Counted from the stretch's first letter, positions 26,031-38,300 are shown. The stretch is DNA of 64,000 bases from Octopus sinensis (GCF_006345805.1 NC_043015.1:32302001-32366000), one strand, 5' to 3'. Notes: generated by a model from the letters alone, not told the origin. Program-made: numbers and translations.

Positions 26031-26289
26031 CTAGAATGACAATGCACGGTCTTGTAGAGTACAAACTCTTGGAATCATGTCAATGTAAACGTTTCCTGTC
26101 TGTTTATTAGATCTGACATCAGTGTAAGAATGCAGTTGTAATTAGATAACCAGAAAAAAATGAATAACAGAAATTATATGAACAAAATGAATAAAAAGTC
26201 TGCTGGCAGAGGTGTACTAATTTTTGAAACGGATTATATAGGATTGTACGTATTGCTGTACATACAGTATATCAACAACACAATACCAT

Positions 26290-26765
26290 GTATGGCATAT
26301 GTCCACTGCGTGTTAGATCTATGTGTTATGTATGTAATATTTATAAACTATCCATTATCGTATATAAGTTATATCCACAATCATAATTGGATATATTAGT
26401 TATATATCATATGTAGAATATATCAACACATGTAGTATCATGTGCAGGATACGTCAAGTATGTAATATTGTAAGATATATCAACAATGTGATATCGTATA
26501 TAAAGGCATATCAAATATATGATACCGCTTGCATGATATACAAGCAATGCAATATAGTATGTATAAAATATATCAACAGCGTAATATCGAATGTAATATA
26601 TATCAAATATATGGTATCGTACATATGACATATACGAAGTATGTAATATCGTAAGGTGTGTGAATTATCTAATGTTGTAAAAATATAAGATATATCAATA
26701 GTGAAATATCTTATTTAAGATGTATCAGCAAAGAAATATCTGATATAAGATCTATCGACAATAAA
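26290..26765. repeat. Degenerate AT-rich minisatellite (~30-bp unit, approx. ATATAAGATATATCAACAATGTAATATCGT)
   Basis: Recurrent ATATATCAAC...TAATATC motifs at roughly 30-bp spacing. Confidence 0.65.
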
Positions 26766-26774
26766 ATATCCTGT

Positions 26775-26823
<49 letters not shown>

Positions 26824-26826
26824 GCA

Positions 26827-26935
26827 TGGCTTAGTAGTTACGGTGCTGCACTCACGATTGCGAGATCGTGGTTTCAATTCCCAGACCGGGCGTCGCGTTG
26901 TGTTCTTCAGCAAAACACTTCATTCCATGTTGTTT
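26827..26935 (+). mobile_element. SINE group C, 5' part
   Basis: TGGCTTAGTAGTTACGGTG...GTTTCAATTCCCAGACCGGGC...TGTTCTTCAGCAAAACAC. Confidence 0.75.
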
Positions 26936-27939
26936 TGCGATGATGTGGCGCGCGGCGTGTACCTGTACAGGTAAATGTCGATTTCATGGAGTGATTGAGA
27001 TTATGTGAACACAATTATGTGATCACTATAAGCAAATCACAAGAAATTGGAGAACAGTCATATGTCTTCTAACGCCAGGAGAGTCCATGATGTGTATGTG
27101 TGTATGTGTGTGTGTGTGTGTGTGTGTATGTGTGTATAAATGTATGTATAGAATATTTCACTTACAAAGTTGATCAAAGTAATATATGTCTATTTTGCTT
27201 TTGCATTTTTATATGTTTATTTTTTTTATATGGCTAAATACAGCGGTGGCGGGGTACATAAGACCCGCTCCGTTCCGCCGAATCTGCTCAAAATCAATAC
27301 GTAAACGTTAAACCTCTATTTCTTCCTTCTACTGACTTCACCGCTTTGGGAGAATGAAATAACGATACAAGGAGTTATATTAAGTAAGTCATATTAGATA
27401 ATGTATATTAAGTAAGTAGTTGGTTTTCTGCTATAGACTTTAGTACGAAATCATAATTTCTATTTTAAAGATATTCAATTTGTTTTCTTTTTTTTTCCCC
27501 TTCAATATATTCCATTGTTTTCACTGTTCTAAAAATATCTCTTTGTTATTTTCCCCAAACGTTTCAGTTGAATTTGTCTAATCGATGAATAAATGTTCTT
27601 TGTTTCAAGCCGAAGTCTTGCTATTATTATATAGTTAAATCTACGCTGGCGGGCGGGTGAGGTAGGGGGATAGCGACGGAGACGGTGGAGTGTTGGGTGG
27701 GGGGAATGTATCGTAATATTTAGTTACAACTCTGAACGTTCTGCGTTCAAATTCAACCATGGGGACTTTGCATTTCATCCTTTGGGGAGGATGAAATAAA
27801 GTACCAGTCAATGACGTGGATATTTATAGTGGCAAAGGGCATTACAGCGTTTACATTCGACGCTGTATACTCCGAATTCAGTATTTGGTTTGGTGGATTT
27901 TGAATAAAATCTGTCTGTAGTACACAGACACACACACAC

Positions 27940-27979
<40 letters not shown>

Positions 27980-27982
<3 letters not shown>

Positions 27983-28311
27983 ATCATCGAAATTTTTGTT
28001 CGTCTTGTTGTTGAGAGAGGCTTCTCTTCTTTCCTGATGAGAAGATTGCATAATACACCCTTTCTTCCTTCGGAATAAAAATATGCTGTCTTCGAAACAT
28101 GTGTCGAGAGTAAAGCAATTTTGTTAGCATCTTCGTTCGACTCCATTCTTTCATTTATTCATATACAACGCACAAATTTCTACACAAGAACCCGGAGTTT
28201 CTACCCTTGACAGGTCGCTTCAACCGTGTTTTCTGACGTGAATTTGCTACCCAGGTTTCGGTTAAACGAATTTTACATGCTGACGATAAACATAGGATAT
28301 TCATTCACCTA

Positions 28312-28315
<4 letters not shown>
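27980..28315 (+). mobile_element. ~335-bp non-coding element bounded by (TA)n and carrying the hammerhead (retrozyme-like or Penelope-derived, inferred)
   Basis: Unique sequence sharply delimited by (TA)n at ~27950-27979 and ~28315-28350; no recognisable coding content. Confidence 0.55.
28017..28116 (+). ncRNA. Type I hammerhead ribozyme with complete catalytic core
   Basis: Stem I CTTTC (28029-33) / GAGAG (28106-10); CTGATGA (28034-40); stem II GAAGATTGCATA (28041-52) / TATGCTGTCTTC (28082-93) closed by G-C; GAAA (28094-97); short stem III ACATGTGT; predicted GUC cleavage after C28105. Confidence 0.85.
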
Positions 28316-28353
<38 letters not shown>

Positions 28354-29094
28354 CATACATGTGGTGTGTGTACACTGTTTGATGAGTAACAAACTATTGG
28401 CATAACATGGACTGCAATTAATAAGGAGGACATCTTTGGTGTAAACAAACGGAGAGAGAATGATAATTCTTCGAGGATTTAATGAAAGATTGATTCCACA
28501 TTCCTAAAACGCGCCTGAATTAAGCTGAAACGTTTAACGGCCGTAACAGTGTGGCTATAACATTCAACACGAGGAAATGAGTCTGAATAAATCAGTGAAT
28601 AACGATTCTTCATCTCAAAAATTCTTAGAAGGCTTTGTTTCTTTATTCTCAAATCAGAGATCAGAAAGTCTATCAGCAGTTTGTTTTGTCCGAGGTCGTA
28701 ATCACATATGTTCCGCGATTTGTTGTTCCTTGATGTTTTTCGAGATCGGCTCTGATACAGAAGATACGTGATCAAGAGCTGTGCCAAAAATTGTTGCTCT
28801 TTGATGCATTTTAGATCCAGATCCTCCCTGAATCAAAAGTCTTATAATCAAAGATGTTCCATCACTTGTTTTGAGCCTGGTTGTCCTTGATCCAGAAGAC
28901 ACGTGATCATATTTCTTTCAACTGTGGCCATTTTATTTTGGCCTGCATCTATTAATGTTTTTCGTTACAATTAAAGAGAATACCGTATGTTTCATATGCG
29001 ATTTTTCTGGACAGAAATTCTTACAGGTCTACTGATGAAATAGTAACTTGCTCGAGAATTGCTTACAAGCAGTTAATTGCCCTAACCAGTATAT

Positions 29095-29325
29095 GTTTCT
29101 TTATTACCCACAAGGGGCTAAACATAGAGGGGACAAACAAGGACAGACAAACGAATTAAGTCGATTACATCGACCCCAGTGCGTAACTGATACTTAATTT
29201 ATCGACCCCGAAAGGATGAAAGGCAAAGTCGACCTCGGCAGAATTTGAACTCAGACCGTAACGGCAGACGAAATACGGCTACGCATTTCCCCCGGCGTGC
29301 TAACGGTTCTGCCAGCTCGCCGCCT
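29095..29325 (-). mobile_element. SINE group A, full-length monomer
   Basis: Minus strand runs GGCGGCGAGCTGGCAGAA...GAGTTCAAATTC...CCCCTTGTGGGTAATAAAGAAA. Confidence 0.9.
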
Positions 29326-30564
29326 TTGTCCTGACCAGTATAGAAATAAATCCTTCCGCAAACAAGCTCAAGCAATCAAAACAAGCTCCATGAAATGGAG
29401 AACGGATGAAAGAGAGACGGGTGGGGGGGCGTTTGTCACGGTCCCAGTCAACCAATGTAGCAGCTAAATTGCCATAAACAATTAACCAATGGAAACAATA
29501 TTAGAAACGCTTATTGAATGCATTTATCGATTACTTACGTCTTTTCCATAACATCTTCTCACCGCTAAATGCTGCTTCCAACCACAATAATCTCCCTAAG
29601 CTTTTCCTACCAAAATATTCACTATATTGGTTTTTCTTTCCAATCGAAGAAATTTTAAATAATTTCTGTTTGAGCTTCAAATATTTTTTCCTCATTCATT
29701 CAAGTCTAAGTCACTGCGCAGTTCAATAAAGCAATAATTTTTATCTAGTATTTTAGCTTTAGTTTTATTTCTAATATAGTTTATTCAATAAGAAGCAATA
29801 TACTCTCGTTTAAAGTTTCCTTTGAGCAATGTGCTTTGATATGTATGAGTTTTAGTGGCGTGGTGGGGTATATAACTCGATCAGAACGGTTGCGAGTAAA
29901 TATAATATCAGTCTCTGGTTACCATACTGTGGTTCAGTGAACATAGAGTAGTATTGTGTGTGGTGTGTGTGTGTGTAAGAGACACTACGTCTGCCACAAG
30001 TTAGACGGGAGCGCATGACTGAATACACCCCAGAGTGTCAGACAGGCGCCATATTTGTTGAACATTTCCTCAAATATTCATCATAATTACTTTATTTCCT
30101 CTTCAAGGAGTATTAAAATGGATGACCGGGAAAAAAACTGTCTTTTAGGCTTTTCACCATCTAGTTTGATATTTCAAAATGCGTGACAATACTTTGATCC
30201 AACGTGATGACCAACCAACTGGAACTAGCCAAATCTCACTAAATTTACTCCCTTCCGCCATAAAATAAGGAAGGACGCATTGACCGATTTAGTCTTAGAT
30301 ATTTAAAAGACGTGATGGTCACGGTTGCAATTCCTTTGGTTATGGGTTTACTTAATTACAGCAGTCTCGAGCTAAACAACCACAGAAAGCAAGGACAAGA
30401 AAAACTCTTTACAGATTCGTATTCTAATTCCTTTTATAATTTGACAATTCCAAGGCGATAAAAGATAGTAGCAGTAATATACTGGGGCTACTTCAATTGA
30501 TCATAACTTATATTCCAAGTAAAACAAAATCATTTTGCTTATTATTACTTTATTGGTGCAAGGT

Positions 30565-30720
30565 TGGTTGTGTGATAAGAAGTTAATTTTTCAACCCTAT
30601 GGCTTAGGGTTCAGTCCCACTGTATGGCATCTTGGTCAAGTGTCTTCTAATGTAGCCCCGGCCCGACCGAAGACTTGTGAGCGGATTTGGTAAAGGAAAA
30701 CGGAAAGAGACCCGACTATT
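30565..30720 (+). mobile_element. SINE group B, 5' half
   Basis: GGGTTCAGTCCCACTGTATGGCATCTTGGTCAAGTGTCTTC...GAGCGGATTTGGT. Confidence 0.8.
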
Positions 30721-30721
30721 A

Positions 30722-30773
<52 letters not shown>

Positions 30774-30779
30774 CACACT

Positions 30780-30811
<32 letters not shown>

Positions 30812-31319
30812 TGTATGTATGTATATATATAATAGATATATATATATACCTTTTAGTATTTGTACATTAAAAATGCTTTTCCCTAGAAAACACTGGAGGT
30901 GTAAAGTGGGAAGATTTACACGTATGGGCAAATGCTGGCCTACGCTAAAAAAGTTAAGCATATCATATTATTACACACACGCACACACACACGCACACAC
31001 ACACGCACACCCAGATGCAATCAAATATGTATATATATGTTCGTATATATATAAAGTTTCCGTAGGTGCGACGCTGGGAGAACGAGCGGGAAACACATGG
31101 TTTCGAAGTGAACTTCATAAGTATTCAACCATGCATCCTTCTCTTTCTGTCTGTCTGTACGTGCATATATAACTGTATATGTGTGTGTGTTTATGTGTGT
31201 GCTTGTGTGTGTGTGTGTGGTGTGTGTGTGCGTGTGTGTGTTTGTGTCTTTATACATATATACACTCTTGATAGACGGGTGCCCAACGATGTTATTCAAG
31301 GACAAATATTTATACACGT

Positions 31320-31520
31320 ATAGGGCGCCGAACTGACAGAATGCTTAGCACGCCAGGTAAAATACTTAGCAGTATTCGGTCCGTCCTTACGTTCTGAGTA
31401 CAAATTCCGCCAAAATCGACTTTGCCTTTCATCCCTTTCGGGGTCGACAAAGTAAGTACCAGTTGAGCACTGGGGTTTGCGTAATCGACTTTGAAATTGC
31501 TGGTAGTGCCACTATTTGAA
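31320..31520 (+). mobile_element. SINE group A (diverged)
   Basis: GGCGCCGAACTGACAGAA...GTTCTGAGTACAAATTCCGCC...GGGGTCGACAAAGTAAGTACCAG. Confidence 0.8.
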
Positions 31521-31766
31521 ACCGATATGTATACATGAGTTATTAGCCGAAATAATTATTTTTAATTGTTTCGGTGACACGAGACGCAACTTCGTAGATG
31601 AAAAATAAGAGTGAAAACATTGCATTATTAGGACTTCATAATTCTTGAAACACAGTTCCTGCTACATGCCGGACCAATTACCGAAACGGTCACCACTTCA
31701 ATATAAAAGTGTAATTGCACGCAAATTGATGCGTAAGAGTGCTTTCATAATGGAGGGAAGTCTGAG

Positions 31767-31793
31767 ATGATGCTGTTAACGATGATGACGATA

Positions 31794-31830
<37 letters not shown>

Positions 31831-31838
31831 CGACGATA

Positions 31839-31875
<37 letters not shown>

Positions 31876-31925
31876 CGATGACGAGGATGACGATGATGAT
31901 GATGATGATGATGACGACGATAATT

Positions 31926-31971
<46 letters not shown>

Positions 31972-32018
31972 CGATGACGACGATGACGATGTTGATGATG
32001 ATGATGATGACGACGATA

Positions 32019-32055
<37 letters not shown>

Positions 32056-32131
32056 CGATAACGATGATGATGATGATGATGACGACGATGATGATGATGA
32101 TGAAGATGATGATGATGAAGATGATGATGAA

Positions 32132-32178
<47 letters not shown>

Positions 32179-32184
32179 CGGTAA

Positions 32185-32224
<40 letters not shown>

Positions 32225-32242
32225 GACGACGACGACGACGAT
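31767..32242. repeat. Degenerate (GAT)n/(GAC)n tract
   Basis: Seen directly; source of the poly-M and poly-H ORFs. Confidence 0.97.
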
Positions 32243-32354
32243 GGTTACTCAGCATCATATCCTGTTATGAGCACATAATTAGGTTGTATGATCGTATTGT
32301 ACAAATCTGATTTGCATAAATAGCGTTTTGATGGCAGTGAACCGAGTTACGTAA

Positions 32355-32601
32355 TTATCGATGCGCTAAGCACCGCGCTACGTGTTTAATGAAGTCTTTC
32401 ATTGTATTGGCTCTATTTACAGCGTCTCCCTGGACATGATATCTGGTGGAGTGCATGCTCACTAAAGAGCCGTTCTGACCACCATCGACATCAGTCAGAC
32501 TAGTACTAAAGTCTACGAATGCGAAGATATCGTAGAAACATTTGTTTATATTTGTCATGTTTATTCCATTACACGAAGCAGGGGTGGTTTTGAGACATAC
32601 T
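32355..32601 (-). CDS. Candidate coding exon (or pseudo-exon) encoding the start of a von Willebrand factor A (VWA) domain
   Basis: Acceptor TATTCTACTTTAG at 32602-32603, then about 82 open codons: VCLKTTPASCNGINMTNINKCFYDIFAFVDFSTSLTDVDGG...NTMKDFIKHVARCLAHR*. C-x-x-D-I-F-A-F-V-D-F-S-T-S fits the VWA beta1 strand plus DxSxS MIDAS motif, and MKDFIKHV fits helix 1. No partner exons were found, and the frame stops shortly before a possible donor at 32350. Confidence 0.4.
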
Positions 32602-32728
32602 CTAAAGTAGAATATAATCTGTCGGCCCCAGCGTGCACACACAGACATACAAAGCTTTCTAGTATATATGCAAATATATGTACGAGAATATAGATTTTCG
32701 TTTATATAAAAATATATACACATTAAAT

Positions 32729-33123
32729 GGCGCAGGAGTGGGTGTGTGGTAAGTAGCTTGTTTACCAACCACATGGTTCCGGGTTCTGTCCCACTGCGTG
32801 GTACCTTGGGCAAGTGTCTTCTAGTATAGCCTCGGGCCAACCAATGCCTTGTGAGTGGATTTGGTAGACGGAAACTGAAAGAAGCCTGTCGTATATATGT
32901 ATATATATATATGTGTGCGTGTGTGTTTGTGTGTCTGTGTTTGTTCCCCTAGCATTGCTTGACAACCGATGCTGGTGTGTCCCCGTTACTTAGCGGTTCG
33001 GCAAAAGAGACCGATAGAATAAGTACTGGGCTTACAAAGAATAAGTCTCGGGGTCGAGTTGCTCGATTAAAGGCGGTGCTCCAGCATGGCCACAGTCAAA
33101 TGACTGAAACAAGTAAAAGAGTA
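32729..33123 (+). mobile_element. SINE group B, full-length reference copy with central (TA)n/(TG)n
   Basis: tRNA-like head GGCGCAGGAGTGG..GTGTGGTAAG...GGTTCTGTCCCACTGCG, CORE-like CCTTGGGCAAGTGTCTT, central microsatellite, tail ...GGCGGTGCTCCAGCATGGCCACAGTCAAATGACTGAAACAAG. Confidence 0.92.
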
Positions 33124-33465
33124 TATATATATATATATATATATCTATATATATAATATATATATATATAATATATATATATATATATGTATATGCATAG
33201 ACACACACATGCACACACATAAAAACATCGTCCTACGTATGTATCCGAGCGTTTGTATGGTGGTTTTCATATACCCGGAACGAAAGTAAAAGCGCGGTTT
33301 ACTGCTATTTGTAATTACGATTTTTACATCTGTCTACACAACAATATGTATGCGACCTGGTGTGCATATATATGAAACATTATCAGCTGATACCCTAAAT
33401 ATGTATACAACTCGCTTATAAATTTCACTCGCACATCTTCGTACAAACTGTCGAATATGTATATT

Positions 33466-33516
<51 letters not shown>

Positions 33517-33834
33517 TATATATATATACATATATGTGTGTGTGTGTGCATACACACAATATATTTTGGGGTGTGTGTGTTTATTATTATGCATATACGT
33601 GCATACATATATTATTTATATATATACGCATAAAGTGCATTCATATTAAATACACACAAACATATATATACACACGCATATTATATGTATATGCATATTA
33701 ATACATATATTCATATTATATATATATATATAATATGAATATATGTATATAATATATACATATATATATATATATGCATATATATATAAATATACATTAT
33801 ATATATATATATATATATAATAATCATATACTAC

Positions 33835-33900
<66 letters not shown>

Positions 33901-34419
33901 TTTAGATGAAACTCTATATATGCATATAGATATATATTTATTACACAAATACACGCACGCAAATGCAAACGCATACATACTGAAACGCACGTACACACAC
34001 ACATATTTATAAGCAAGAATGACAATAGCCTTAGCAAATGAAGCATGACAGAAACCGATATGCTAGGTGCAACCAAATGGAACGGACAGCAAGGACTCTT
34101 GGGAAATAACTGTGATGGAATGGAACTTTAATAACTGGAGTATCTATCATCAATTTGAATATATTTGCAGCAATAATGACTCCGCTAATGGACTTAGCGA
34201 ACCGTTTACCTGACCTTTAGATTATACATGCACACTAGAACGCGTACACTCCGTGTTTGTATACACTGATGCACCCAAATATTCACTCAGCAAACCTCAC
34301 TGCCGTTGGTTGCACACACGGGGGCGTGCACACTCACACACAAACAGAAACGCACACACGTATTATATGCATATATATGTAGGCACAACATATATATCAA
34401 TATATACATATATATGTAT

Positions 34420-34489
<70 letters not shown>

Positions 34490-34498
34490 TATATATAT

Positions 34499-34887
34499 AT
34501 TCAAACATATAAGGGATGGCCATAATAGGATATCCGACTCACCAGAAAGAGCAGTTAATTTGAAATTAAATCGCCAGTTTATATTTACTGCTGAGAAAAC
34601 CACGCGATAGTGGTGGATTTTGAAAAGTTATAGCATATAGACTCGAGGCATGTTTATTATCGCCTCGTGAATATATGTTAGTCCTTGGCTTTTTTGTTGA
34701 AGAGGCAATACCAGTCGTAAATAAATTTATTTTATTTACAAAAGATTGCCGAAACTATGCATAGTCCAAAAGGATAGGGTAAACGTTTATATTTCTCTTT
34801 CAATTTCAGAATTACAACTATCAGTGGTTTGGAGTTTAACTGCTCTTTCTAGTGAGTCGGTTATGGCCATCCCTTATATGTTTGAAT
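34499..34887. mobile_element. MITE-like element with ~50-bp imperfect terminal inverted repeats
   Basis: ATTCAAACATATAAGGGATGGCCATA[9-bp insert]CCGACTCACCAGAAAGAGCAGTTAA (34499-34558) versus the reverse complement of 34836-34887; no ORF inside. Confidence 0.75.
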
Positions 34888-34998
34888 GTATATTACATAG
34901 TCTATTGACTATTTTCTCTTTCTCACTTGACCGCTGGTAGCGGAGAATTTTTCTAGAATTTTTTGCTACCCTAAAATTTATTATATATATATATGTGT

Positions 34999-35001
<3 letters not shown>

Positions 35002-35092
<91 letters not shown>
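35002..35092. repeat. (GA)n microsatellite
   Basis: Seen directly. Confidence 0.98.
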
Positions 35093-35094
<2 letters not shown>

Positions 35095-35095
<1 letters not shown>

Positions 35096-35330
35096 GGGTG
35101 ACCCAAAAGTAGGTTTACAGTTATTCGACTATCCCTTTAGTATTAATATATAAACAGTTTAGACCTTAATCATATAAAAGAAAAACCTAAAACCATTATC
35201 CGATTCTAATTTAGTTAATTTTGTTAAGCTCCCGTTTCAGTTTGTAAGCTAGAAATTTAAATGTAATAAAATGTTTTGAAATAAATTTAAAATGCCTACG
35301 TGATAACTGTAAACCTATTCTGCCCCACCC
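35095..35330. mobile_element. Tc1/mariner-type MITE
   Basis: AGGGTGACCCAAAAGTAGGTTTACAGTT at the left end; the right end reverse-complements to GGGTGGGGCAGAATAGGTTTACAGTT. Confidence 0.7.
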
Positions 35331-35614
35331 CGCGCACATATATAAATATATATATATATCCTTCCTGAGTCGTATAGACTCATGGGTTCAGTTTTTGTGA
35401 CATATACAGTTTCCACTGGACGAGACATCAGTCTGTGTTATGTCGTGTGTGTATTTTTTGCATATATGAGTTAGTGGCACTCACTCGCTTTCTCTCTGTT
35501 TGTCTCACTCTCTCACACATGCATACATGTTTTATACATGTATTATTGCGTGTGCATGTGGGAGAGAAAGAGAGTGACTGTATTTCCTCATGACATATAG
35601 AGTAATAGTTGTCT

Positions 35615-35825
35615 TTTAAGGTTCACGCACATATAGAAAATGTGACGTCGTCGTCGTCGTGTATAAAATGGTTACAATAGTTGACTAATAGAAAAGGTTA
35701 TAATGTAAAATTTTTGTACTGCCGATATGTAAATGAAAATAAAGCTTATTTGGTAGTCCTAAGATTACTGAATCTTTTGATTCCCCATACATCAAAATCG
35801 GTAACAGTTTTCGAATGCATCAGGA
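35615..35825 (+). repeat. Unclassified dispersed repeat, diverged second copy at ~56145-56345
   Basis: Colinear similarity: AAATGTGACGTC...GAAAAGG/ATTATAATG...TACTGAAT..TTTGAT..CC.ATAC.TCAAAATC.GTAAC...TTTT.GAATGCAT.AGG. Confidence 0.7.
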
Positions 35826-36229
35826 AGAGATACACGCACACACACATGCACACACGCACACACGCAGACACACACACACACACATACACACAAACTCTCT
35901 TCAATATATATAGAAGACGAGGGGCTATTCATCTATGGAAGAAAAAGAAAAACATTATATATAGTGTACTGTTTGAGTGCGATGGTAAAGTTTTAATAAA
36001 TCTTAATACGGTGATTTAAAGACAAATATAAAAACACTTTACCATTCACTTATCTAACATCTGTTGTTGGACGTATTGTAAAAGTTTTGACGGAACATAC
36101 GATAGGTAATTCACTAAAGCGCATGCGTTAAGTGATAGGAAGAAATGAAAGAACAAACAATCAAAATTGCCTCCCTCCTGTTCTGTCCATTTCTGTCTCT
36201 CGCATTCCCTGTCCCCCACCCCTTCCCTG

Positions 36230-36495
36230 ATATCAGCCACCCTCATTGTGCCATATTTCCCTAAACCTAACATTTTCGCACCATTCGCATTTTATCATGT
36301 AATAGCCCAAACCCCTTTCTAGGCCCTTCATCGATTTTTACTGAAATCCAATTAATTTATAATTGCACTGGATGTTAGTTCACCATGTATACAAATTTTG
36401 TCGAAGATTGTTTCGCTGGTTTGGGCAGCACGAGGGTAACAAACAGACGGACAGGAAGACAGACAGACAGAAATTACCATTTATATATAAAGATG
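36230..36495 (+). mobile_element. Possible non-autonomous Helitron/Helentron-like element end
   Basis: ACAAATTTT...GGTTTGGGCAGC...GAGGGTAACAAACAGACGGACAG...CAGACAGACAGAAATT..CATTTATATATAAAGAT resembles the (CAGA)n-bearing ends of Lep1/DINE-like elements, from recall only. Confidence 0.4.
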
Positions 36496-36546
36496 TACAT
36501 ATATACATATATATATATATTATATATATATATATTATATATATAT

Positions 36547-36582
<36 letters not shown>

Positions 36583-36912
36583 GGTATAGATATGTATATG
36601 TACATATGTGTATATATGTGTGTGTCTGTATTAGAGTGTTTGTGCGTGCATACTTATACATACGTAATCTCTATGTATATATGTGTATGTATGAATATGT
36701 ATATGTCTACTTATGTATAAGTGTATGCTACAATCTCCTGTGTTCTGCAAGTACTATCGTGCTTCAGAAGATGATTCTTGTCCGTATTCTTCTATTCCAT
36801 TGTCATTGTGTCATATCCCCAACTAATGTGTGATTTATGGGAATGTTTCTTGAGAAATTCATTGAAAAGCAACTCTCATTAATTATAGCGTAGCGAATCT
36901 GATTCACCACCG

Positions 36913-36957
<45 letters not shown>

Positions 36958-36958
<1 letters not shown>

Positions 36959-37325
36959 TGTAGGAATGGATGTGTGTTAAGAAGCTTGTTTCCCAATCAC
37001 ATAGTTCTGGATTCAGTCCCTCTGCGTGCCACCTTTTCTACTATAGCTTCCGGCCAACCAAAGTCTTGTGAGCGGATTTGGTACGAGGGAGCTCAAAGAA
37101 GCTCGTTGTAAATGTATGCATGTGATTGTGTGTGTGTGTGTAATTGTGTGTGTGTGTCTTCGTCTATATGTCTATGTTTGTCCCCCACCATCGCTTGACA
37201 ACCAGTGCAAAAGAGACTGATAGTATAAATACTAAGCTTAAAAAACATAAATCCTAGGTTCGAGTCGTTCGAATAAAACCCTTCAAGTCGGGGCCCAAGC
37301 CTGGCCTCAGTCAAATCACTGAAAG
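36958..37325 (+). mobile_element. SINE group B, degenerate full-length
   Basis: Both halves and the central (TG)n are recognisable. Confidence 0.75.
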
Positions 37326-37463
37326 AAAATATTGATAAAAGATATGTATTTTTGTATTAAAATGAAAAAGTGATTTTACAGCTGTTACTCTGAGTTTCAC
37401 TAGACCATTTCTGAGAGGGTAGTGATCATACAGGATGATGAGATTTTAAAGTACACCTATATA

Positions 37464-38030
37464 TTGGGTTGTCCGGAAAGTTCGTGTCGATTTATAGTAG
37501 CTTACCTTTCGACTTACTTTAGAACATGGATGAGTTCATTAAAAAAGATTTGACTACACCTCCATTTAGAGCACAGTTTAAGCTATATTTTCGTGGAAGA
37601 AGATTTATGTTTCTATAACCTGTGTTAATTCTGTAACCCTTTAAAATGGAAGATAAGAAAGTTCATTTTCGGCACTTGATGCTTTGGGAACCAGACAAAA
37701 ATTGCTGCAGTTCGGCTGGGATGTGTTACTCTACCATCCATATTCAATAGATATTGCTCCTTCGGGTTTCCACTTATTCAGGTCTCTGTAGAATAGTCTT
37801 AATGGTAAAAATTTCAATTCCTTGGATGACGTAAAAAGATACCTTGATGAATTCTTTGCCATGAAACCACTTCAATTCTAGGAAGAGAGTATTTTCAACT
37901 TAAAGGAAAGATGGAGACGCATTGCGCAAGAAAATGGTTCATATTTGGTTGATTAAACAAGTTAAGTGCAAGTATTTATTGACGTTTTGCTTTCTTCTAA
38001 AAATCGGCACGAACTTTCCGGACAACCCAA
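37464..38030 (+). mobile_element. Internally deleted mariner element with intact TIRs
   Basis: TIR TTGGGTTGTCCGGAAAGTTCGTG(T/C)CGATTT at both ends, with TA on the left. MEDKKVHFRHLMLWE (ATG 37646) is joined out of frame to TRQKLLQFGWDVLLYHPYSIDIAPSGFHLFRSL*NSLNGKNF...ERWRRIAQENGSYLVD* (ends 37956), matching the mariner YSPDLAPSDYHLF motif. Confidence 0.95.
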
Positions 38031-38084
38031 TGATAACTTTACGCATTGATTTGCACATATGTGCTTAGTTGTTTGTGTATGAGG

Positions 38085-38300
38085 GATCTGGCAGAATCGT
38101 TAGCATGCCGGGCAAAATGCTTAGCGGCATTTCGTTGGTCTTTACGTTCTGAGTTCAAATTACGCTGGGGTCGACTCTGTCTTTCATCTTTTCGGGGTCG
38201 ATAAAATAAGTACCAGTTGAATAGTGGGGGGTCGATGTAATCGATTACCCTCACCCCGCCCCACCCCATAATTGCTGGTCATATGCCAGCATTTGAAACC
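38085..38300 (+). mobile_element. SINE group A
   Basis: CTGGCAGAATCGTTAGCATGCCGGGC...GAGTTCAAATT...GGGGTCGATAAAATAAGTACCAG. Confidence 0.85.

Noticed and set aside
28480-28905. Overlapping short ORFs with a repeated DHVSS motif
   Set aside because: Short diverged internal repeat only; frames close quickly and no family was recognised.
29027-29060. CTGATGA as another hammerhead core
   Set aside because: No stem II followed by GAAA and no compatible stems I/III.
31767-32270. 167-aa poly-Met and 160-aa poly-His ORFs
   Set aside because: Pure (GAT)n/(ATC)n tract with no splice context or non-repeat coding sequence.
34210-34240. Upstream micro-exon in phase with the VWA candidate (CAG|GTAAAC donor)
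   Set aside because: Phase is compatible, but the acceptor is weak and the peptide uninformative; likely chance.
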